In this document: positions 14,322 through 22,768 of the stretch, piece after piece
Position numbering within the stretch: position 1 is the stretch's first letter
Layout of the letters: each line of letters begins with the position of its first letter
Source: Acaryochloris thomasi RCC1774
Lineage (GTDB): Bacteria > Cyanobacteriota > Cyanobacteriia > Thermosynechococcales > Thermosynechococcaceae
Reading direction: 5' to 3'
DNA length: 32,000 nt
Assembly: GCF_003231495.1 (NCBI RefSeq)
Contig: NZ_PQWO01000002.1
Coordinates: forward strand, 90,001-122,000
Notes under the pieces: generated by a model
The model's database searches: none
What the model was told of the DNA's origin: nothing
Seen by the model: only the letters and a program-made list of their open reading frames with translations
Position numbers and translations under genes: made by a program

Positions 14322-16256
14322 ATGACCGCTGAACAAATTGCTGTGACGCAAACATCAGGATCCAAAGCTTCGCTTCTCCGACGTCTACAGTCAGGGCTAC
14401 AGGCTCGCCTCGTCCCTACTATTACGGTCTCGGTACTGTTTAGCTTGGCGTTGACCGGCACCTCTGCCTGGAATATCTGGCGTATTTATCAGGGCCTACA
14501 GAGCACGATTACGAAGCAATTTAAACTGCAGGAGCGTAGTGGTCAAGTCATTCACCTTGATGAAGTGTTGACGATGTCCGCTCGGATGGCTGCTAGTACA
14601 GGTGATCTACAGTGGGAAGAGCGCTACAACATCAACGTCCCGCCCCTGGATGAAGCGATTGGTGCGGTCTTAAGTGAACTGCCTGAGGCTGAGCAAACGA
14701 ATCCGGCTAAGACTAATGCTGCCAACCAGCGTCTGATCGAAATGGAAACGCAGGCCTTTGAACTCGTGCGGCAAGGACAGTCTGAGACTGCCCTAGATTT
14801 ACTGCTCAGCCGTAAGTATAGGATGCAGAAGTTTATCTATAGCCAAGGTATCAATGGCACCCTGCAGACGGTACAGCAAAAGGTTGCAAATCAGCTAGGA
14901 GCCTACCAGCAACGTCTTGCTTGGTCTGTAACCTATGCGGTTTCGAGTTTGTTGCTGTTGGCTTTGACTTGGTACATCGTGCTGATGGCAGTACGCGGCT
15001 ATATTCAAGAACGACGCCAGTCCCAAATTGATCTGGAAGCATCGCAGACGAACCTGCTGTCTCTCAACAGCACTCTAGAGGGTGAGGTTAAGCAGCGAGC
15101 CGCGCAAGAGCAAGCGATTCGAGAAGAAAGTGAGCTGTTGCAGATGGATGTGGGGCACATCTTAGACGTGGTATCTGCCCTAGAAGATGGCGATTTGACC
15201 GTCGAAGCAGAAGTGAATGAGCGCGCCACAGGTCTTGTGTCTGATACGCTCAACCGACTGATTGAATCTCTGAGTCGAGTGGTTTCTTCGGTTGTTACAA
15301 CCGCAGAGCAGGTGACAGAGAGCGCCGAACAGCTTGAGGGTATTGCTGTTGAGACCGCAGAGCAGGCTCAGTTCCAGACCGCCTCGGTCCAGGACGTACA
15401 GTTGCTGATGGAAGCGGTGAACACACTGACCTCTGACTCGCTGGAGCAGGCGCTCGCAACCGGGCAAGCCGTGGAGAAAGCTAAGACTGCGGTGTTCACC
15501 GGTCAGCAGGGGATGGACGCTATGGTCGGTGGCATTGAAACCCTACAGGTCGGAACTGAGCAAATTGTGAAACGAACGCAGCTCTTGGGTGAGTTTGTGG
15601 ATTTGGCAACTCAGTTCTCTAAAGACCAAAAGCGAGTGGCTTCGCTCACGCGAGTTCTCTCTCTGAACGCTTCTACCGTAGCGTCTCGTGCCCTTAAAGA
15701 AGAGGATCCAGAACAGTTTGCCAGCCTTGCCAATGAGTTTGACGTGATTGCTCGCCAAGTTAATGATTTGGCAACTGAAACCAATAATGGTTTGGTCCTT
15801 CTGCAGCAGCGCACCAATCAAATCCAGACGGTGTCTTCGGGCCTCAATTACGATGTTTCTGAGATTAGCGAACTGGTGCAGGCCTTTACGCAAGAGGTGG
15901 GCCAGGCCCGTCAAGCCTTTAGCAACATTCAGCAGGTGACCGATCAAGTAGAGCAGGTGGGTCAGCAGGTCAGTTTATCTAGTCAAGGCATGGTGAAGGT
16001 GACCCAGAATACTCTGGCTGCTACCCAAAAGATCGCAGAGATTGCCCAAGAAACGGATGCTAAAGCAGCCATCACTCGTGTGCAGGTCGAAGCTATGGGT
16101 AACGTGGCCCGCACATTGCTAGAGGTTGTGTCATTCTTCCAGGTTCAGGCAGAGGAATCGCCAGAGTCGGTTGCGGTGGCTTCCTCAGAAGAATCTGCTG
16201 CAGCTCCCATGACGGAAGAGCCAATTTCTGAATCACAGCAGCTTGTCTCCGCTTAG
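14322..16256 (+). CDS. Methyl-accepting chemotaxis-like protein 2, a tandem paralogue of MCP-1
   Basis: Start placed at ATG 14322 (MTAEQIAV); the track start at 14304 is a TTG. It has the same architecture as MCP-1, with colinear blocks: DEVLTMSARMAASTGDLQWEERYN, RLIEMETQAFELVR, ERATGLVSDTLNRLIESL, RVLSLNASTVASRA. Confidence 0.85.
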   Translation: MTAEQIAVTQTSGSKASLLRRLQSGLQARLVPTITVSVLFSLALTGTSAWNIWRIYQGLQSTITKQFKLQERSGQVIHLDEVLTMSARMAASTGDLQWEERYNINVPPLDEAIGAVLSELPEAEQTNPAKTNAANQRLIEMETQAFELVRQGQSETALDLLLSRKYRMQKFIYSQGINGTLQTVQQKVANQLGAYQQRLAWSVTYAVSSLLLLALTWYIVLMAVRGYIQERRQSQIDLEASQTNLLSLNSTLEGEVKQRAAQEQAIREESELLQMDVGHILDVVSALEDGDLTVEAEVNERATGLVSDTLNRLIESLSRVVSSVVTTAEQVTESAEQLEGIAVETAEQAQFQTASVQDVQLLMEAVNTLTSDSLEQALATGQAVEKAKTAVFTGQQGMDAMVGGIETLQVGTEQIVKRTQLLGEFVDLATQFSKDQKRVASLTRVLSLNASTVASRALKEEDPEQFASLANEFDVIARQVNDLATETNNGLVLLQQRTNQIQTVSSGLNYDVSEISELVQAFTQEVGQARQAFSNIQQVTDQVEQVGQQVSLSSQGMVKVTQNTLAATQKIAEIAQETDAKAAITRVQVEAMGNVARTLLEVVSFFQVQAEESPESVAVASSEESAAAPMTEEPISESQQLVSA

Positions 16257-16315
16257 CGGCCTACCGTAGTTTCTTTCTCCCCTTCAATTGTCTTGTATTG
16301 AGTCACAGTGGCACC

Positions 16316-19300
16316 ATGACACTCGAACCTTCATCTTTTCCTTCTCAGACTTCTGTTGATGCAGCGGAAGCACAGCTACAGCAAGAATTGTGTGCCATGT
16401 TTGAACTGGACACACAGCAGCACTTTCAGGCTTATGTTGAGGTGGTTCAGCGCCTCGATGCTCAGTCTTGGACTGCCGATATTCAGCACATTTATCGCGC
16501 CGTCCATACTGTTAAGGGCGGGGCCGTAACGGTGGAAGCTGAGGCGGTTCTCAGAGCTGCTACTGTCCTTGAGGATTTACTCTCTGACCTTCGCTATCTG
16601 GATCAAGCGCCGCCCCTAGAGGACGGACAGCTTGTGCGGATGCTGCAGGAAGCTGGGGAATTACTCAGCAGTACGCTGGAGGTAAAGGGAACTGGGGAAG
16701 ATGCGATCGCATCTATTCAGCCCACCCTTGATCGCATCCAGGCGCTGCATGCTCAGATCAAGCAGCGCTATATCCCAGACTGGAACGAACTGACCCAGGT
16801 CCACCAAGAATTCGCAGAACAGGGCTTTGACCTCGTAATCCTAGATCTTGAGATGGCGGTCAATCAGCTCCCGGTTCAGGGACAGATCTCAGATGCAGCC
16901 CTACAGATAGCTCAGCAGACCCTAGCGCAGCTCACCCAAATCGGGGATGACCTCCAGTTGGCTGAAGACTGGACTGCCCTCGTTAACCGGAGCCACGAAC
17001 TGGCCCAGCACCCCGACAGTGCCGTCTGGAAATATGTCTGGCCGCTTTATTTCGCCGCCCTAAAAGACTGTGCCAAGCACAGTGGTCACTATGCGCTTGA
17101 ACAGCTAGCCGATCTTAGCGTAATGGCTGCGAATCTCCCTGCGGTTGCGAGTCTAGAAACGCCAGCTGCTTCAGAGGCAGAAATAGAGTTGGTCTCTAGT
17201 GATGTGGATCTCATTGCCGACTTCCCTGACGACCTAACTGATATAGATTTGCCGGATCTAGAGCTGTCTAGCCTAGATGAAACTTTGTTCGCAGAGAGCG
17301 ATGCTGGACTCGGTGGTACCCTCAGTGATGATGTGTTCTCCACAGCGTTCACCGACGACCTTGGGGCCGAAGATCTAGACCTTGCTGCTCTCGAAGAGGA
17401 TGAGGCCGCTATTCATCAACTCGTCGATGCAGATCCTGAAGATCCAGAGCTAACCTTCGACTCAGGTGACGTTCAGGGACTCTTTCCTACACCCGTTGCT
17501 GAGGCTGGCCTCTTCCCCACGACCCTGGCACCCGCAAATGTGCCCGCAAAGGCTGATGCTCCTGAGTCCAGTGTCACCGCCGAGGGTGCCGACGCTGAAC
17601 TTAGGCGTCGGATTAAAATTCCAGTGCCGCTAGAGCGACTAGATCAATCTGCCCAGCAGGTTGTTGAGACGCTCCTGACCACTCGGTCCACGCTCACCGT
17701 CTCCCAATCGCTAGAATTCCAAGTCTCGCAGCTGGCGGCATTGACTCAAGAAAGCTCGCAATATATTACCCGCCTCCGTCAGCTCCAAGATGACTACGCG
17801 TTGCTGCGGAGCCTAAGCCATGAACAAGACCCCACTAACGGTACCTCTGTTGAGCAATATCGTCAGGGGTATACAACGATCAATCGCCTGCTGGAAAACA
17901 TTCTGCGGATGTCGGAGCTGAGCAGAGAAATTGAAGGCATGTCACACCAAGCGGTGGCGGGCATGGGACAGCTCGACCGGGACATGCTGTGCCTCAAGGA
18001 TGAGATTGAATCTAGCCGTCTAGTCCCGTTCAAAAATCTGACGCTGCGGGCTAAAGCCATTGTGCGAGATCTCAGCAATCGCTACGATAAACCGGCTCAA
18101 CTGGTGATTCATGGTGAACAGCTAGAGCTGGATGCCGGTGTGATTCAGCAGATCGAGCCAGCCCTACTGCACCTGTTGCGCAATGCCTACGACCATGGTC
18201 TCGAATCTGTAGAAGAACGAATGGGCAAGGGTAAGCCTGTGGAGGGCGTGATCCAGCTTGTGCTGCAGCGCCGAGGTAATCTTTATCGTCTGACAATTCA
18301 AGATGATGGCCGAGGGATTGATGCTGCTGCCATTCACCAGAAAGCGCAAGAGAAAGGCTTCCCGCTCACCGAGACTCAAACCTCTGCTGATTTGTTGGCC
18401 GTGCTCTGTCAGCCGGGCTTCAGCTCTCGCAACGTTGCCGATGATGTCTCCGGTCGGGGCGTGGGTATGGATGTGGTGGCTGGACAAATCGCCAATATGG
18501 GCGGACGACTGAGCCTCAATTCACGCCCAGGTGAGGGATCAACGTTTACGATTGAAGTACCTGCGCCCCAGCTATTGGTGCCCTGTGTGCTGCTCCAGGT
18601 GGGTAAGCGAACCGTCGCAATTCCCACGGAAGAAATTCGTGAAACAGTCTTGGCTAGCTCGATTCAGGTGCGTGCCAATGCAGAACCTGATGCTCTCTGT
18701 CCTTGGACGGTGGAAACGGCTCGGGGAGAAGCCCCCGGCTTTGGTTTAGCCGCCTATTGGCAGCAGTCTCAGACAGAGCTATCTGAAACCGCAGTGTGTT
18801 TACGGATTCGCCAGAATTTCGATCGCCTATCTGATGGTTCAGAAATGTGGTTGATTGCCGATGAACTGCTGGGGCAAGAAGCCCTGCTTATTAACCCGAT
18901 TCCGAGTCCACTAGTGGTACCGGCTGGTTTGTTAGGGGTGAGCCTACGCTCTGATGGCAGGCTGATTTCGGTGATTGACCCCATCGCGCTGATAGAAGCG
19001 ATTGAGACAGAGACACAGACTCAGCCAAAGATTCAGCCTCAGCAGCCTATAGTTCCTGCCGCTCAACCAGAAGATTCAACGGCTCCTACCCTCCTGATTG
19101 TGGATGATGCAGCTTTAATGCGTCGTCGTCTTGAGGGAAGTTTGCGTACCTATGGATTCGTCATACAGGCCTGCGTTGATGGTCTAGAGGCGCTCCAGTG
19201 GCTCCAGTCTCATCCGGCTCCAGCTCTGCTGATTACAGATATCGAAATGCCTAACATGGACGGGTTTACGCTTGTAGATCGCTGTCGGGCGCAGGGCTTG

Positions 19301-19465
19301 GAAATGCCAATCCTGGTGATTTCTTCTCGGATCTCAGAGGAATGGGGGCGAGAGGCCCAGCGATTAGGAGCCAACGCCTATCTCAATAAAGGGTTTGCCA
19401 CCCCAGAGCTGCTTCAGCAGGTGAACCAACTCTTAGAGGCAAAGCAACCGCAGGCGATCTCCTGA
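16316..19465 (+). CDS. Hybrid CheA-type histidine kinase with C-terminal receiver (Hpt, acidic linker, dimerisation, HATPase, CheW-like, REC); PilL/PixL/TaxAY class
   Basis: Start placed at ATG 16316; the track start at 16298 is a TTG. Hpt motif AVHTVKGGA. N-box LLHLLRNAYDHGLE. G-boxes DDGRGID and GRGVGMDVV. A CheW-like segment follows (CVLLQVGKRTVAIPTEEI...). The C-terminal REC domain reads LLIVDDAALMRRRL...LLITDIEMPNMDGFTL...LVISSR...YLNKG. Confidence 0.9.
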   Translation: MTLEPSSFPSQTSVDAAEAQLQQELCAMFELDTQQHFQAYVEVVQRLDAQSWTADIQHIYRAVHTVKGGAVTVEAEAVLRAATVLEDLLSDLRYLDQAPPLEDGQLVRMLQEAGELLSSTLEVKGTGEDAIASIQPTLDRIQALHAQIKQRYIPDWNELTQVHQEFAEQGFDLVILDLEMAVNQLPVQGQISDAALQIAQQTLAQLTQIGDDLQLAEDWTALVNRSHELAQHPDSAVWKYVWPLYFAALKDCAKHSGHYALEQLADLSVMAANLPAVASLETPAASEAEIELVSSDVDLIADFPDDLTDIDLPDLELSSLDETLFAESDAGLGGTLSDDVFSTAFTDDLGAEDLDLAALEEDEAAIHQLVDADPEDPELTFDSGDVQGLFPTPVAEAGLFPTTLAPANVPAKADAPESSVTAEGADAELRRRIKIPVPLERLDQSAQQVVETLLTTRSTLTVSQSLEFQVSQLAALTQESSQYITRLRQLQDDYALLRSLSHEQDPTNGTSVEQYRQGYTTINRLLENILRMSELSREIEGMSHQAVAGMGQLDRDMLCLKDEIESSRLVPFKNLTLRAKAIVRDLSNRYDKPAQLVIHGEQLELDAGVIQQIEPALLHLLRNAYDHGLESVEERMGKGKPVEGVIQLVLQRRGNLYRLTIQDDGRGIDAAAIHQKAQEKGFPLTETQTSADLLAVLCQPGFSSRNVADDVSGRGVGMDVVAGQIANMGGRLSLNSRPGEGSTFTIEVPAPQLLVPCVLLQVGKRTVAIPTEEIRETVLASSIQVRANAEPDALCPWTVETARGEAPGFGLAAYWQQSQTELSETAVCLRIRQNFDRLSDGSEMWLIADELLGQEALLINPIPSPLVVPAGLLGVSLRSDGRLISVIDPIALIEAIETETQTQPKIQPQQPIVPAAQPEDSTAPTLLIVDDAALMRRRLEGSLRTYGFVIQACVDGLEALQWLQSHPAPALLITDIEMPNMDGFTLVDRCRAQGLEMPILVISSRISEEWGREAQRLGANAYLNKGFATPELLQQVNQLLEAKQPQAIS

Positions 19466-19641
19466 GCGCGCTCATGGAGTCGCTATTCTCTCTTTCTCGG
19501 GGGCGTAAAAAAGGAATTGATAGCTAAATTGGCATCAATTGCGTATCCTTGAAAAGATTTTGCAAGGAACCTGCGCCCCTGTTTGAACGTTAACAACGTA
19601 GGAGTGGCGTAAGCCCTGCGGTGTGATCTGGGAGAAAGATA

Positions 19642-20391
19642 ATGACGATTCGACGAGTGCTGATGGCTCTGCCGGTGGCGAGCCTATTGTTAATGGGACT
19701 GATGGCCCCAGGGCTAACACAGTCAGACGGTGTTGCAGAGTCCGAGAAGTTGGATAAAAAGCTGGAGCAGGCCGAAGGTGAGGTTGAAGAGGCCATTCAG
19801 GTCTTTGAAAAAATCATGAGTGATCCCGATAAGCGGATCCCTGCGGAGCTGCTAGCAGAGAGTGAGGGCATTGCCATCATTCCTGATGTCTATCAGGCGG
19901 GCTTTATCTTTGGGGGTCGCCGGGGAACCGGGGTGATGATGGTGCGTTATCCCGATGGCACCTGGAGCAACCCGACGTTTGTGAGTTTGACGGGTGGAAG
20001 CTTTGGCCTTCAAATTGGTGCTAAGTCTAGCGATATTGTCTTGGTTTTCCCGAGCCGAGAAACGGTGAATGAAGTGCTTTCCCGCGACTATCGGCTGGGG
20101 GGTAGCATCTCGGGGACGGCGGGACCTGCTTCTACGAAGGGGGGCTCTGCTGAGCGCTATAGCAAGGACAAAGTCTATACTTACTCTCGTAGTCAGGGGC
20201 TGTTTGGTGGGCTGACGCTCAACGGTTCTAAGTTAGGGCTTAAAAAAGATCGGGTGCAATATTTCTACGGAGATGATGCAATCACGACCCGTAAGATTTT
20301 CACCGATCCGTTTATCCCAGCTCCGGTGGTGGTGAATTCTCTCCGCGATGTGCTGGAGCAGTCAGAGTTAGGGACGTTCCGTCGCTTCTAA
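19642..20391 (+). CDS. Secreted SYLF (Ysc84/DUF500) lipid-binding-domain protein
   Basis: 249 aa. Signal peptide MTIRRVLMALPVASLLLMGLMAPGLTQS. SYLF blocks: GIAIIPDVYQAGFIFGGRRGTGVMMVR..GTWSNPTFVSLTGGSFGLQIGAKSSDIVLVF..LGGSISGTAGP..YTYSRSQGLFGGLTLNGS. Confidence 0.8.
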   Translation: MTIRRVLMALPVASLLLMGLMAPGLTQSDGVAESEKLDKKLEQAEGEVEEAIQVFEKIMSDPDKRIPAELLAESEGIAIIPDVYQAGFIFGGRRGTGVMMVRYPDGTWSNPTFVSLTGGSFGLQIGAKSSDIVLVFPSRETVNEVLSRDYRLGGSISGTAGPASTKGGSAERYSKDKVYTYSRSQGLFGGLTLNGSKLGLKKDRVQYFYGDDAITTRKIFTDPFIPAPVVVNSLRDVLEQSELGTFRRF

Positions 20392-20413
20392 GCAAATTTT
20401 GGAGGTGACGATC

Positions 20414-22042
20414 ATGAAGCCGTGGGTGCGCAGTCTGCTTTTGTGGAGCTGTTGTCTCACGGCTTTGGGGTTTCTATTGGTACGACAACGGCAGACGGTG
20501 CAGGTACAGGCGCTGCCCACGCTGCCGCAGCATTCTCGGGTTCAGGTGTATATGAATCAGAACCCGACGGCATCCTACCAAGATCCCTATCGTCAGATAC
20601 TGCGGTCTGGTGATGATCTCGAACAAATCATTGTGGATCAGATTCTCGCGGCTCGGTCGAGCGTTGAGGTGGCGGTGCAGGAGTTGCGATCGCAAAAAAT
20701 AGCCAAAGCCCTCCGCAATAGACACCAGGCTGGTGTGCAAGTCCGTCTGATTCTAGAAAACATCTACAGCCGACCGTGGAGCAGCTTTACGCCATCAGAA
20801 GTGGCCCAATTTACCGAACGTCAGCGAGATCGGTATCAAGATGGATTGGCGCTCATTGATCGAGATAGGGACAATCAGATCAGCCCCAGCGAAAGTGCTC
20901 AGTTTGACGCCCTACAAATCATTCAAAATGCAGGCATTCTCTGGCTAGACGACACCGCTGACGGATCGGCAGGCAGTGGTCTCATGCACCATAAGTTTGT
21001 CGTTATTGATCAGCAAATCGTCGTTTCCACCACTGCGAATTTCACCCTGTCTGGCCTACATGGTGATCTCCAGAATCCAACCAGCCGGGGAAACGCCAAT
21101 TCGTTACTGGTGCTTGAAAGCCCTGAGTTAGCGACAGCTTTCCGGGATGAATTCGACGTGATGTGGGGCGACGGTCCCAGTGGTCAAGTTGACAGCATCT
21201 TTGGCGTGCGGAAGCCGTTTCGGCCCGTTCAACGGTTTACGCTGGATGATGCCACCATTCAGGTGAAGTTTTCGCCGACCTCTAGCCGTCTGCCCTGGCA
21301 GAGCAGCACCAACGGCCTCATTGGTTCCACACTTCAGCAGTCAAAGGATACGGTCGATTTAGCGCTGTTTGTCTTTTCAGAGCAAAATTTGGTGAATCAG
21401 TTGGCTACGGAGCATCAGCAAGGCACCGTTGTTCGAGCGCTTGTAGATTCAAGTTTTGCCTATCAAAGCTATAGCGAAGTGTTGGATATGCTGGGGGTGT
21501 TCCGGTCTCGGCTGCCAAATACTTGCGCTATTGAGGTGAATAATCAGCCCTGGCAAAGACCGATTGAGACCGTTGGGGTGCCGCGATTGCCTAAAGGCGA
21601 TCGCCTCCATCACAAATATGGGGTCATAGACCAGCGCACAGTCATTGTCGGCTCACACAACTGGTCGGATGCTGCCAATGAGATTAACGATGAAACGCTT
21701 TTGGTGATTGAGCATCCCACAGTAGCGGCTCATTTTCATCGGGAATTCGAGCGACTCTATGCCAGCAGCCGGTTGGGTATTCCCAGCTTTTTGCAGCAAG
21801 AATTTGAACGTTGTTCAGGAGTCGAGTCAGGACGTTCAGTCACGCAGCAGGCCGAACCTGTCAACTTGAACACCGCAACGCAGGCAGAGTTAGAGAACCT
21901 ACCCGGCATCGGGCCTAAATTAGCCGCCAATATCATCACAGCCCGACAGATACAGCCCTTTAACTCACTAGAAGAGATTGATCGCGTTCCCGGTGTGGGG
22001 CCGAAATTACTGCAGACGCTACAGGGTCAAATAACGTGGTGA
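20414..22042 (+). CDS. Membrane-anchored or secreted PLD-superfamily (two HKD motifs) nuclease-like protein fused to a ComEA-type helix-hairpin-helix DNA-binding domain
   Basis: Start at ATG 20414, preceded by GGAGGT; the track start at 20399 is a TTG. N-terminal hydrophobic segment MKPWVRSLLLWSCCLTALGFLLV. HKD motifs HHKFVVIDQQIVVSTTANFTLSG and HHKYGVIDQRTVIVGSHNWSDAAN. The C-terminus VNLNTATQAELENLPGIGPKLAANIITARQIQPFNSLEEIDRVPGVGPKLLQTLQGQITW matches the ComEA HhH repeat region. Confidence 0.8.
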   Translation: MKPWVRSLLLWSCCLTALGFLLVRQRQTVQVQALPTLPQHSRVQVYMNQNPTASYQDPYRQILRSGDDLEQIIVDQILAARSSVEVAVQELRSQKIAKALRNRHQAGVQVRLILENIYSRPWSSFTPSEVAQFTERQRDRYQDGLALIDRDRDNQISPSESAQFDALQIIQNAGILWLDDTADGSAGSGLMHHKFVVIDQQIVVSTTANFTLSGLHGDLQNPTSRGNANSLLVLESPELATAFRDEFDVMWGDGPSGQVDSIFGVRKPFRPVQRFTLDDATIQVKFSPTSSRLPWQSSTNGLIGSTLQQSKDTVDLALFVFSEQNLVNQLATEHQQGTVVRALVDSSFAYQSYSEVLDMLGVFRSRLPNTCAIEVNNQPWQRPIETVGVPRLPKGDRLHHKYGVIDQRTVIVGSHNWSDAANEINDETLLVIEHPTVAAHFHREFERLYASSRLGIPSFLQQEFERCSGVESGRSVTQQAEPVNLNTATQAELENLPGIGPKLAANIITARQIQPFNSLEEIDRVPGVGPKLLQTLQGQITW

Positions 22043-22071
22043 GCTATGGACCCACAACCGATTCGGCAATC

Positions 22072-22455
22072 CTAGATCCCTTGTCTGGCTGCATTGTGCC
22101 GAAACATGATTCCCTCACGAACTTTAGTGTCTCTTGCATTGTTAGAAATATCGACGATTTTCTCAGATCCATCAGGATATTTGAAGACAAATTCTTGAGA
22201 GTGCTGATCAATGCTAGCGGGACTGGTATTCACTCCAGAAACGGAACGAATGGCTTCCTTCTCCACCCATGCAGTCCGAGGTGCTTGACTATCAGCGACG
22301 CAGCTACGGTTCAGGGTGTAGGCAAGACTGAGAACAGATATGCCCCCAATCATGACCATCACTGAGAACATCTTGTAGTCAAAAATATTGATCTGATTAC
22401 TCTCGCAAGAGTCATTTTTTCTACGTAGCATGCTATTACCCCGTACCGTCATCAC
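22072..22455 (-). CDS. Hypothetical small protein with one predicted TM segment, in an AT-rich patch
   Basis: 127-aa ORF. The internal Met sequence MFSVMVMIGGISVLSLAYTL is a more plausible start and would give a protein of about 99 aa. I recognised no family. The local composition is visibly more AT-rich than the rest of the window. Confidence 0.35.
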   Translation of the reverse strand: MMTVRGNSMLRRKNDSCESNQINIFDYKMFSVMVMIGGISVLSLAYTLNRSCVADSQAPRTAWVEKEAIRSVSGVNTSPASIDQHSQEFVFKYPDGSEKIVDISNNARDTKVREGIMFRHNAARQGI

Positions 22456-22623
22456 ATAATATTTATCCAGCGAATCGTCACCCCTTTATGCGAGAAAATA
22501 GAATCCTTTATAGGAACTTAATAATCCTCATTAACGAATAAAGATTTAGGGGCTGTCGGTTGCATACAGACTGTTTTTAATCCTGTTCTGGGGGAGCCTT
22601 TGCGTATTGAGCCGAATATCGAC

Positions 22624-22672
22624 AATAAAAAGCAGCCCAAGACTCCCGGTTTAGAGAGATTGTTAGGCTGCT
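22624..22672 (-). terminator. Possible intrinsic terminator downstream of the yjbQ-like gene
   Basis: The minus strand reads AGCAGCC-(28 nt)-GGCTGCT followed by TTTTATTG. The stem is 7 bp and the loop is large, so this call is weak. It lies about 100 nt after the stop at 22769. Confidence 0.3.
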
Positions 22673-22768
22673 TGATTGCTGACTACAGTGATTAAAGCGT
22701 TAGAAAGGAGAGAGCGTGAAAAGTTGATATCTTCAGCATGCCCACTTCGATTAGCAAATTGATCAGGT

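Noticed and set aside
12365-16256. MCPs as PixJ-type phototaxis photoreceptors
   Set aside because: Neither MCP has a GAF or cyanobacteriochrome domain. The N-terminal sensor is a helical extracytoplasmic domain between two TM segments.
12374-19000. Numerous 60-134 aa ORFs inside or antisense to the MCP and CheA genes (for example 15543-15947, 18164-18487, 17089-17352)
   Set aside because: All are nested in strongly supported long genes in other frames or strands. Their Arg/Ser/Leu-rich composition is typical of shadow ORFs in GC-biased coding DNA.
22043-22768. The AT-rich patch as a mobile element
   Set aside because: I could find no transposase, integrase, terminal inverted repeats, direct repeats or adjacent tRNA. 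I kept it only as a compositional anomaly.
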